From the NCBI RefSeq assembly GCF_009914755.1, contig NC_060935.1: a DNA stretch of 64,000 nt; one strand, 5' to 3'. The stretch is from the human T2T-CHM13v2.0 reference genome, Homo sapiens. Both the position numbers and the translations under genes were made by a program. Under the pieces are notes generated by a model. The model was not told where the DNA came from and searched no databases. It was given only the letters and a program-made list of their open reading frames with translations. This document shows, in pieces, positions 13,540 to 30,050 of the stretch. Positions within the stretch are counted from its first letter, which is position 1. Each line of letters begins with the position of its first letter.

Positions 13540-15320
13540 AAACAGTGGGTCGAGGACGAAGGATTTGAGGAGCAGAGGTGGCAGTGAGTTTAATTTAGTC
13601 ATGTAGAGTGAACTACTCATGGAGTGTGCCAGTGGATAGAAACACTAGGCCATTGGCTACACCGTTTGAAGCTCAGGGGACAAGACTGAGAGTGCTCATT
13701 TGGCAGTGACCACTATGGAAGAGCACAGCAATGAGAATATAGTTGAGGCGAGTCTCAGGATAAGCAAAGTTTAAGCAGAAGACAAAGGAAGGAAGAATTT
13801 TAAAAGATTGTCCACTGAAGACAAGATGACTAGGAGATAGTAATGGAGAAGCAAGAAAGAATAGTTAAAAGGGTAGAAATAGGTAAGAAAAGGACTAAAA
13901 AGAATCCTCTGCAGTGGCAATTTGTGGAGGTCATTGGTTACCACAGAGCAGTTTCAGAAGAGTATATTTGAGGGGAGGGAGAAGAGACCGACCATAGTGA
14001 TTTCATTCTAGAAGTCTGCCTGGGAAGAAGAGAAATAGGGAGGATACCTAGAGGAGAAAGCAGGGATGATTGGGGAAAATTCTTGTTTTAATATGGAGAG
14101 ACATAAGCACTTTTTTATAATCTCTGAAGTAGAAATTGGTATCTCAAGGCTGAGAATTTCAGAGAGGATAAATTCATTTGTTCATTCATTCATTCAACAG
14201 ACTGATCAATTACGCACTATCGGCCAAGTGTGATGGCTGGCGCCTGTAATTCCAGTGCTTTGGGAGGCTGAGGTGGGAGGATCACTTGAAGCTAGGAGTT
14301 TCAGACTAGCCTGGGTAACCTGGCGAAACCTCGTCTCTGCAAAAAATAGCTACTGCACTCCAGTCTGGGCGTAGAGCAAGCCCCCGTCTCAAAAAAGTAA
14401 AGAAAGAGCACTATGTACTGGGATTTCCAGTCTTGTTGAAGGGACAATATTAAACACAATTGAGAAAATGCAAACTTGGAATTTGGATGGGTGTCTTAAA
14501 GGAAGAGGACATAGTACCAGGCAAAGTGTATCGAAGAAGCTGGACCCGGCCAGAGGGGTTGGGGCCAAGGTGTAAGGCTTGGGCAAAGATTAGAAGGGTG
14601 AATTGGAAGCAGTGATGTGAGACAGATGAGATGATATGAATGAGATGAGGCAGGCGCTTCGATGGCCAGGATGACCAGGATATAGCAATAGAGAAGCAAG
14701 AAAGAATAGTCAAAAGGGTCTTGGTCTTTATTTTAAGAGCCCAGGAAGCCACTGAAGATCTTTGAGACGGGAGATGACAGGATCAGATTTGCTTATGAAA
14801 AAATTGCTTACAAAAACACAGAGGCTGTTTCATGGACACTAGGAGATCAGCTGAGGCCCTTAGGAGCCTATTACTGTATCCAAGCTAAGGATGTTCATGT
14901 CTTGGAATGTGGATGGTGATAGTGAAAAAAAGAAGCAGACAAATTCAAGATATATTTAGGAGATAAAATGTCCAGGGCTTGATCATGAATTGGGTACATA
15001 TGGGTGTGAGAGAAGGGAGGTGTTCAGAGTTGAGTCCTAGGATTCCAGCTTGCTCAGCTAGGGGGTGCCATCTATTGAAAGGTAAGGAAGCAGAGTTTTA
15101 GAGGAGGCAAGAGAAGGTTGGGTCAGATCACAGGTGAGAAGATTACCCTTGAACAGGAGAGACTAATTGAGGTGGATGCAGGTGAGTTCCTAGGTGCTAT
15201 GGTAGGAAGGCGAGGAGGTTAGCGGCAGCAGGATCTGTTTTCTCTGTGTGATAGAAAATGATGTCTCCTAACTAAGATCAGTGAAGGTGGAATGAGAATA
15301 GTGTGATGTTTGGATATAAT
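13540..15320 (-). mobile_element. Degenerate L2 fragments containing an internally deleted + strand Alu (14222-14405)
   Basis: Purine-rich L2-like sequence; the Alu left arm is joined directly to tactgcactccag. Confidence 0.6.
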
Positions 15321-15377
15321 TAATTCTGGGACTTTTTTTGTGTCAACTTTTCTCCAAGTACCTTAAAAGACATTTGT

Positions 15378-15532
15378 GGCTGGGTGCAGTGGCTCACGCC
15401 TGTAATCCCAGCACTTTGGGAGGCTGAGGTGGGTGGATCACCTGAGGTCGGGAGTTTGAGACCAGCGTGGCCAAAATGATGAAACCCTGTCTCTACTAAA
15501 AATACAAAAATTAGCAGGTGTGGTGGTGCACG
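15378..15532 (+). mobile_element. 3'-truncated AluS (left arm only, no tail)
   Basis: Alu consensus stops at ggtgcacg. Confidence 0.9.
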
Positions 15533-15599
15533 TCATGCTAGAGTAAGATCATCACTGCCAACTCAGGTCTAGCCACTGGGATAGGTAGCTTCCTAGTAG

Positions 15600-16176
15600 A
15601 AGAGGAAGTCTTTTCAATTTTGCTTATTCTGTTCCAGAAATATGTCCCCAGTAGCATATTTCCAGAATAGTCTGGCTCCGTCTACCTGCTTGGCCAGTGA
15701 ATTCCCCATGGACTCACGGACATTCCCGTGATCCCTTACCATGGGGAGAGAGCCAAGTTGCAAACCCTCTGGGAGCAGTGCTCCCTGCCCCTCCCCTTCC
15801 CCCAGCACCAGCAGCTGACATCACATGCAGGTACAGCTTCATCCTCCTTGTCTGAGGACAAAGGAGGAGAGGAAACTCACCAAGTGCCCAGAGCTCTGCC
15901 AGATGTTGAAAGATGGAGGAGGGCTTCATTTGGAGCTGTGGCTTGGGCAGGAGGCAGAGGGGATCTCGGTAACGCAGGACCCCAGGCTTGCCCACCCTGG
16001 GCCCTCCATCTGCCTGTGTTTTATATTGAACCACACGGAGGGGAGAGCTTATGTGCAGGAGCCCACAGTTGACAGCTGGGGTAGCTGCAAGGGCAGCAAG
16101 TCCACGCAGCTCCAGAGTGAGCCCCCAGCCCTTGAGGTCCCAGCTGCCATGTGGCCAGCCCTCCCCTGAGCCCAGC
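15600..16176 (+). promoter_or_regulatory. Putative promoter/5' UTR of the MVQNLQ exon
   Basis: GC-rich unique sequence immediately 5' of the ATG at 16177. Confidence 0.5.
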
Positions 16177-16286
16177 ATGGTGCAGAATCTACAGCCAGAG
16201 ACCGTCTCTTGCAGCACTGCTGTAAAGCAGGCTTGTCACTACCACGTCTCCTCCCTGAGGAAGAAGCTGGCCTTTCTGCGAGCCAA
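16177..16286 (+). CDS. GRAMD1B: Probable alternative first coding exon of GRAMD1B: MVQNLQPETVSCSTAVKQACHYHVSSLRKKLAFLRA(N)
   Basis: Strong Kozak agcATGG, open 110 nt to donor CAA|gtaggt, phase 2 like the two recognised exons; GC-rich non-repeat context; G-triplets after the donor. Confidence 0.72.
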
Positions 16287-17159
16287 GTAGGTGGTGGGGA
16301 CCCTGGAGATTAGGTTTGGGATTGCCTGGGTTGGCTCCCATGTTTGGAGATATTGTAGGTCCCTGCCCAAGAGGGACACTCGGTGATCCATTGCAAGAGG
16401 CTGAAGGGAAAGGCCAAGGGGTATGGGTGGCTGGGATGTTGACTGGGAGACTGAGTCTGTGCCTCACTGTGTGCCTCCCAACGAGGTGCCTTGGCCTCCG
16501 GGTCCTTCTTCATAACTGGCCAGGGACCATTACTTTTCTCCTTTATGATAAGTTGCTCCAGTCCATAAAGAACTTGGAAATCCTGAGAAAGGTGCGGTAG
16601 GGAACAGTGTAGTCTGCCTGTGTAGCATCCCCTGGACAGGGGCGCTGGCGTCTCTGGGGTGTGGATCATTCTCTTCCACTTACAGAGACCTAAGCAGTAG
16701 GTGTTTGGGGCCATTGCTGTGTGTTCATTTCTATATCACCTCGTCGGGCACTTTGGTCTGACTCCAGAATTATTTGAGCATGCATCAGATGTGGGGTGCT
16801 TTTTCCTAAAACAGCCCCCATACCTGGCAGATGGGCTGCAGTGGCTCCTGGCTGAATCTGCCCTGCCCTCTTGGCCTCTGTAACTAGAAGAAGGAGATTT
16901 CCTGGAGGAGGAAGAGGTTCCAGCCCCTAAGGTTAGAATTAAATTTGAAGGCTGACAGGCATTCAAGAGAGAGGATCATGTAAACTTATGGGCAGGTTTG
17001 TGTGTTTTTGCTTTTGTTTTGGCGTAAAGAGAAACATCACTGAGAAAGATGGAATGAATGAAGTGAGGAGAGAAAAGGAAGGAGAAAGGCAGAAAGAGGG
17101 GCCAAATGGATTTCAGAGGTAGGGAGAGGCTAGAGGCAGTAGGTGGCTTAACCTCAATC

Positions 17160-17184
17160 CTCTCTCTCTCTCTGTCTCTCTCTT

Positions 17185-17228
<44 letters not shown>
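17160..17228. repeat. (CT)n-(CA)n compound microsatellite
   Basis: Direct reading. Confidence 0.95.
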
Positions 17229-17231
<3 letters not shown>

Positions 17232-18269
17232 TAGGCATAGATGCCTGTGATTGTTTAGCTGTCTATTGACAAGGGTTTCTCATGGCTAAAGTTTTGGGGC
17301 TGGTGAGCAAAGACTGTGTCCCTCTCTGATTAGATGACTTCTCTGGTACCGATATTCAGCGCTGTGCCTTGCACACAGTAGGTTCTCAACAGATAATGGT
17401 AGAATAAGGAAGTCTCTGATCCTGTGATGTGGTGCAAGGACAAGATTCAGTAATGGCTGCGGGGAACTCAGGTTTTGGAGACCAAAATACCTTAGTTTAA
17501 ATTCCAGCTCTGCCACATCCTGGCTGTGGTGCTTTTGCAAAAACATTTCATCCTCTCTGAATGTTTCCTTTCTGAAAAATGAAGATAATTGTACTTACTT
17601 TATGGAGCTTGTGGGGATTGAACTGAGATAAAATAAGAAAGGCACTTAGCACTGTGTCTGGACGTAGCACACAGTAAGTGGCAGCTTGTGTCACTGTCAG
17701 CAAATAGTAGGCCTGGGCTTAGCCTGCAAGGGGTGTGGAGAGTGAGTTTTGAGCAGGAGGTTTGCAAACTTATTAAGGGAAGCCACACATGAATCCATGA
17801 GAAGTAATGTTTGACTTCCCAGTTGCCAGGGGAAGCCAGTTATATAAACTCTGGTCCTCACTGTCCTGGTGAGAGACAGCTGCCTTGAGGGTGGGGTGAA
17901 AAGCCCAGAGTGGCAGTTGTGTGGACGGGCTTCCAGACCTACCCGCAGGCAGCCCACTCGAACTCCATGTGGAACGTGGGCCCAGAAGGTGTTCAGCTTG
18001 TTCCAGCTGATTAGGAAGAGGGTCCCATCTCAGAAGAGGCTCACTTTGATTAAATTCTGCAGTGGAAGTGTCCCTTTGTAAACAGCTTCAGTAGAGGCCC
18101 CAGATGTTCCTGTTGTTCAGATCCCAGGAACAATGTTGTTAATAGTGGTGCTGTTGGTGGAGAGGAAGACCTGAGTTCTTCCTCCCTGTTAGTGACTCAT
18201 CACTCGAACTGCTCTCAGCTCAGATTCCTCACCTGGGAGCTGTCACATCTCAGAGAGGCTGCCTCTTAC

Positions 18270-18520
18270 CCCTTTGTCCCAGTAGGGTTTCTCTCCCTCA
18301 CTTGCATCAAAATAAATGGCTTATTTTCCATTTTAGCATTAATCACATTATAATTGTATTTATTTGTTGACTTGATCATTGTCTGTCTCCCCAACTAGTC
18401 CCTAAATTGCATGAGAGCAGGGACCATCTTTGTTTTATTGTGTCCGCAACACTTAGCACAGTGCCTGGCACATAATCATACTTAACTACTTACTAAATGA
18501 GTAAATGAACCAATGAATAA
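18270..18520 (+). mobile_element. L2 3' end
   Basis: ttagcacagtgcctggcacata...aatgaa motif. Confidence 0.75.
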
Positions 18521-19443
18521 CCATATACGACTTTTTGTTAACGCTGACATTCTAGGATCATGGAATTTCGTGACTGTAGCCCAAATGGAGGGCAAAGACT
18601 GACCTTTACACATCTATTAACCTTTTTAAACTTTTCATGCTCATGGAAATGTTTTGATCTGTGACCACCTCTCACATGTTCCCCTTTCTCTGATCCACCT
18701 GCACATATGCTTAGGGGGTCACATGGTCTTGTGGAAGACAGCACTTAAGGCCTTTTTTTTTTTTTTTTAGGTCTGAGCTAAGCTCTGACTTTTGAGGGCA
18801 GGGCAAAGAAGCAAGTGAGTGCTCCTGTCTTGCTCCTGCTTCCCCAAGTTCCCAGCTTAGAGCTCCTCTTTAGCAGTCCTGGCTGCTTCTGTGGCTGTCA
18901 GCAGAACTGTCTGCAGGTGTAACCATCACCTGCTCTGTTTCTCCTACTCTAGCCCTTCTTCTTTGTGCCTGAGAAAGGGGGGTTGTTAATTATAGCTCAG
19001 CAAACTCCTCTTATCTTTGCTGATGCCATAGTTGGGATTTAGATTTGGACAACTGGCAGGATGGATGGTAATTTTTATTCCCCAGCTTCCCTACTTCCTG
19101 CTGGGAGAAATTCCATCCTCCTACCAGCCTCAGCGAAGAAGGAATGTGAGTGGGTGGCAACTCAGGGGCTCAAAACAGAGAGTCCGATCTTAGGCTTGTC
19201 CTGCTCTCTGCTGCATTCTTTGCCTCCCTTGTACTCCAGGGTTGAGATGAAGTCAGGGGATAAACTGCTGGGTTCTCTTTTCAATCACTCACTGATTAAT
19301 CATGTAAGCTCGGGAGAGCTCTTTACTACTCCTAACTTGCTCTTCTAGGTATTGAGGAAGTCATTGTACCAGAAGTTGATGCTCCGGCTTGGATTCAAAC
19401 ACCTATCACTAAAATTGTTTGAGCACATACCATATGTATATAT

Positions 19444-19481
<38 letters not shown>

Positions 19482-19496
19482 ACATACACACACACA
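19444..19496. repeat. (CA)n microsatellite
   Basis: Direct reading. Confidence 0.95.
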
Positions 19497-19607
19497 TAAA
19501 TTATGTGTGTACTTCTGTACTAAATATTTTATGTATACTGTAATATAATGAAACAAATTTTAATAAGATGGAATAAACATAAATATAAATACAAGCCCTA
19601 ATATGCT

Positions 19608-22965
<3,358 letters not shown>

Positions 22966-23050
22966 TAATATTTTATTCCTCCATGGCCATGGGTAAGTGT
23001 TCATGTCTCCTTGATTATGAGTGTCCCGCTGGTTAGACATGGTTCTGAAG

Positions 23051-23235
23051 CAGTGGTTTTCAGCCTTTTAACGTGGTTCAGAGTCACAAGCAAAGCTTAT
23101 TTAATATGCAGATTCGTAGGCCCTATTCTTAGATTCTGAGTGCTATGGACTGGGAAAGGCCTAGGAATTTGCAGTTAACATATATCCCAAGTGATTCTGA
23201 TGCAGGTGGTCTTGGACCATGCTTTGAGAAATATG
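23051..23235. mobile_element. MER5A-like hAT-Charlie element
   Basis: cagtggttttca...gtgattctgatgcaggtggtc...tttgagaaa. Confidence 0.75.
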
Positions 23236-23401
23236 CTCTTTCTCGAAAAGCAGTGCTGATAAAGAAAATGTAAATAAAAGTGCAAAATAAAGAGAAACAT
23301 GCCCTGAGCCCTGATGCCTCCTGTGATCCTACTCTAGCTAATATCCGGCACACAATTTAATAGGGCTGGGACATGGAAGGGCCTTTTGATACGTAGCTTG
23401 G

Positions 23402-23756
23402 TGGTATGGTTTGGTTGTGACCCCAAAATTTATGTGTTGGAAACTCAATCCCCATTGTAACAGTATTAAAAGGCAAGGCCTCTGGGAGGTAATTAGGATT
23501 AGATTAGGTCATCAGGGTGGAGCCCCCATGATGGAACTGGTGGCTTTAAAAGAAGAGGGAGAGAGACATGGCCTTGCCCTCTTGCCATGTGATACCTTCT
23601 GCATGTTATAACACAGGAAGAAGTCCCTCACCAGATGTGGCTCCTTTGTCTTGAGAACTTCCCAACCTCCAGAACTATACGAAATAAATTTCTTTTCTTT
23701 ATAAATTAACCAGTCTGTGGTATTCTGTTATCGCAACAGAAAAAAGGACTAAAATA
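23402..23756 (+). mobile_element. MST/MLT1-type MaLR solo LTR
   Basis: tggtatggtttg...aataaatttcttttctttataaatta...ggactaaaa. Confidence 0.8.
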
Positions 23757-24378
23757 CCCAGGGACACAACTTCTGTGTCCCTTACCTGTCTTCTGCATAG
23801 TCCAAGAATCACCATTCGGTGGCAAGGAGAAAGGTGGGTGGAGGGGTACGTAATTAAGTTACTCATTCCATCTTATCTGTCACCAACTTTCCAGGTTACT
23901 CAGTGCCTCTTTTCTTATCCTCAGGCATGTAAGCAATTAAATGCTGGCTCCCTTTCTTTTTCTTTGCCATTTCTCCTTAGTCTGAAGGTGAAGCTCTTCC
24001 ACTGAGATGTGGAGAAACCCATTTTGACCCTGATTCAAATGGTGGTGGGGTGGGGAGATGGGCTGTGGGAGTGGAGGTTGTTTGCGTGCACCCCCTACTT
24101 CCCCACACAAAAGCTCTCTTGTGTCTTTTATGTCAGCATGATGGACGAATTAGTCAATTGAATTTAGAGTTGGAATTTTGAAACTCTTTGTTTGGTTGAC
24201 TTTTGAAACTCCACTACACGCTTGCTGTGGGATCCACAAGGGGAGCAATTTCTCCCACTCATCTTTTTTCCCTGTAGAAATGAAACAGATCTATTGTCTG
24301 TGTTTCCTTCTTCTGGGCATCTTAAATGATGGATAGGTTCAACTGGCTGAGAGTTATCCTTGTAAATAAGGGTATTTT

Positions 24379-24685
<307 letters not shown>

Positions 24686-25010
24686 CAACAGATGTGACCC
24701 TTAAGCAGAGACTCAAGAGGTCCAGTGCGCTACACTCTCCTAATCCATACATTTCTTCTTCAGTACCTATAGCAAATGGTTATATGCTTGTATGTTATTC
24801 ACTTCCACAATGGGAAATTTGCTAAAATTAATTGGAGTCTTTTTAAATGAAGAAATTGATAACTATAGGAAGCTTTCACCAGTCTACAAATGTGACCAGT
24901 AAATCCAAGAAAATGCAGAGTGTCTGTGTACTTTGTGGAGGAACAATGTTTATGTTCTAAGGTAATAATAATGGTATTATTATTAAAATAATAATAGCTA
25001 CCTTGAAACC

Positions 25011-25307
<297 letters not shown>

Positions 25308-25485
25308 TAGATGCCATTTTGAGGGCATATTGTGTGCTTAACACTGTGCTTTTCCTGTGCTATCTTATTATACAACTCTAAAAGGGAAATTACTATTATA
25401 CTCATCTTCTAGATGAGGCTTAGATTGTCCACTGTCAAGCTTGTTGGTAGCATAGGTAGGATTTAACTCCAGAGCTCAAGTTCTT

Positions 25486-25804
25486 TTTTGTTTGTTTATT
25501 TTTATTTTATTTTTATTTTTTGAGACAGAGTCTCGCTTTATCACCCAGTCTGGAGTACAGTGGCACGATCTCGGCTCACTGCAACCTTTACCTCCTGGGT
25601 TCAAGTGATTCTCATGCCTCAGCCACCTGAGTGGCTGGGACCACAGGCACGTGCCACCATGCCACGCTAATTTTTTAATTTTTACTAGAGATGCGGTCTC
25701 ATCATGTTGGCCAGGCTGGTCTTGAATTCCTGGCCTCAAGTGATCCCCCTGCCTAGGCCTCCCAAAGAGCTGGGATTACAGGTGTGAGCCACTGCGCCAG
25801 CCTG
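25486..25804 (-). mobile_element. Alu
   Basis: Alu consensus, TSD gagc(t/c)caagttctt. Confidence 0.95.
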
Positions 25805-26779
25805 GAGCCCAAGTTCTTACTTGCAATACTCTTACTTCTCCTCCAGCAAAGAAACATGATTATCAAGGCACTGGGGACCCTGTGCAGAACCTGCTTTTTC
25901 TTGAATCTCATGGATCTTTTTTTCTAACTTGCTGGAATTGGAGCTCCAGAGGTGGAGGTGTGTGAGCAAGTCTATTAATGGCCATCCCTTGGCAAGCTTC
26001 AAAACCAGACAGAACAAGAAAAACAATTGACCAGGAGAGAATAGAGACCCCAATGCTTCTGAATGATCTAGTTAAAGATGCCTTTCGGCCAAATAGGATT
26101 TTTTCTTAACTATCATTTTTGAGCATGTTTCTTGTGTCTTACTGATTTTGAGAAGTGCCTTAAAATTTTAATTGGCAAGTTATATGTGGGAAAGTTCCAG
26201 TACATCTTTTTGTTTGACAACATCTTTCTGATGCTTTCTTTAGTTTCACTCTCATGCCCAAGCAGTGAAACAGAGCTGTTGTCTTACCTTTCTGCAGGTA
26301 CTAAGTGAAGCCCCATAGGTATTTGCATGAGCTACAGAAGTCCTTTACCTTTCTTCCCTTTCTCTCCTGGGCTCACCAGCATCCCCAGTAAACCATTCTC
26401 CTTCAACAGGAGTCCCTGAGGCTGCTGCTGCTTACTGGACTGCCAGGGATCCATAAGCATAGGCTGCTAGGGATCTGTGAGCATAGTCTGTTTGCACCTC
26501 ATCCTGTTTTTCTCTTGGCTTCAGCATGAGTCACTAGAGGGTCTCCCAGTGGCCTGCATGCAGTGATGTCCAGGCATTCGGACAATCCTTCCTTCTCCCA
26601 TCCTAACTCTTCTTTCATCACTGGCCTCCCCAGTCTAAAAGAGTGTTTTAGTAGAATGATGCAAACGTGCATGTCCCATTTACAGTGTACCATAAAAAGG
26701 CCAGGCAATATTACTGGACCTAGCCCCCTCTCCCTTCCCTGCTGACCCCTTGCCCATTAATCCGGTGGCTTCTCTTATA

Positions 26780-27410
<631 letters not shown>

Positions 27411-27833
27411 AGAAGTCAGGGATTGTTTGTACTGTCATTCCGAACCTTGGTGTGATAGGCTGTGAAGTCCTCTGCAGCCTGGCAATAGGACATTTGTGAA
27501 CAAGGGTACAGGCATAGGAGTGAGCTCCCAGGGCAGGGCGTGGCAGCCTTATGCAGTCATGATCTTTTCCATTTTTGAAGCACTTGAACAACTTTGTCAT
27601 CTGAAAGCACAGTGCAAGGGACCAGCTGCTGACTGGAAGTGGTGCGATTGTGCCTGGAGATGGTAGGTAAGGGAAGGAGCTGCATAACCAGACCAGAGCT
27701 AGCTTTGCATTGGCACCAAGTGCAGACGGCTTGGAGGACTGAGGGAACTCATGGAGTCCCCATTGTTCTTAACCCCCCACCCATACCCCTAAGATAGTAA
27801 TTATAAAGACAAGATTATTTTAGTTAACGTTGA

Positions 27834-28194
<361 letters not shown>

Positions 28195-28734
28195 TAGTTA
28201 CTGCGTTTTCACTTAAATCTTACCATTTTTCTATGAAATAGTATTATTATGACCTCCATTTTATAGACAAGAAAACTGAAGCTTAGAGAAGTTTCATAAC
28301 TTATATAATGTCATGAAGCTATTAAATAATGTGCTAGAGTTTGAACTGGGAAATTTGACTGTAGACTTCAATCACTGTGCTGCACTATCCTGTCCAGTTC
28401 TAGAGGCTGAGGTCGAGGTAATGTCACTCATGTTTCTGTTGCTTGTTGCGGGGGCGGTCTCAGGAATTGCTAGCAGCTAAGGGAGGTGGATTTCCCTTGG
28501 CCTATCATGTTTTTCCCTGAGGAATTCAGGCATAGAACAGCACTGGTCCCCGCCAAGGCCCTCAGTCTTGCACAAGGTACGAGCTCCCCTAAGCAAGACG
28601 CCATGGGAGGCTGACAGCTTCCACTTTGTCCAGCCCGCAAGGACTTGTATTCAGAGAGTCCTTTCTCTCTTCTCCTGATGTCTCCCTCATAGCTGAGTGT
28701 GCAGTACTAGAGATGACTGACCCCGAAGGCTTAG

Positions 28735-29320
<586 letters not shown>

Positions 29321-29533
29321 TAATTTTCTTTATGACTTTTCTTTATTTCCATGTAGACTCTTACTGTTTTTGATGACATTTTTCTACCACTCTCCCCAAA
29401 GCCCCTCTTAATGTCAGACACCCTGTTCGGCAAGTATCTCCTGTTGTATTTCCTTATTCCTCTTTTTCTATATTTTCCTTATTTTAGTGACTGTCTCACC
29501 TCTCTCTTTCAATGTCTTTAAAAAATATATTAA

Positions 29534-29662
29534 TTTTTTTTTTAAGAGATGGGAGTCTCTCACTCTGTTTTCCAGGCTGGTCCTGAACTCCTGGCCTCAA
29601 GTGACTCTTCCCCCTTAGCCTCCCCAAGTGCTGGGATTATAGACGCGAGCCATCATGCTCAG
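29534..29662 (-). mobile_element. Alu monomer (FLAM-like)
   Basis: Single left arm with T tail. Confidence 0.8.
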
Positions 29663-29844
29663 CTTGTTTTGATGTCTTTGTTCACCTAAAACAGCAGGTG
29701 GGTTTGACTGCTGTCCACTCTACCTCTACAATCATCAATTCTGTGGGGGACATAAAATTTCCTGCTCTGGGGTAAGAGGTCACATGGATTAGGGGAAGAC
29801 AGGTGGTAAACCACTGAATGAAAAACAAACACCTAACTCTTAGG

Positions 29845-30050
29845 TAATATTTATTATGTGCCAGACACAACTCTAATCCCTTTACATATGTTATCTCAGT
29901 TAATCTTTGTAACAGCCTATGACTTGAATAATATTATTATCCCTGTCTTATAGATGAGGAAATGGGGCACACAGGGCTAAGTAACTTGCTCAAGATTCAC
30001 AGATGGTGGCTGAGTGGTCGAGTCAGAATTCAAGCTGAAACTCTTCCTCA
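29845..30050 (-). mobile_element. MIR
   Basis: tagatgaggaaatggggcacacagggctaagtaacttgctcaag core. Confidence 0.75.

Noticed and set aside
22983-22998. ATG and donor TGG|gtaagt beside the L1 5' end (possible antisense-promoter exon)
   Set aside because: Phase 1, and the L1 is an old L1M type for which antisense promoter activity is not established
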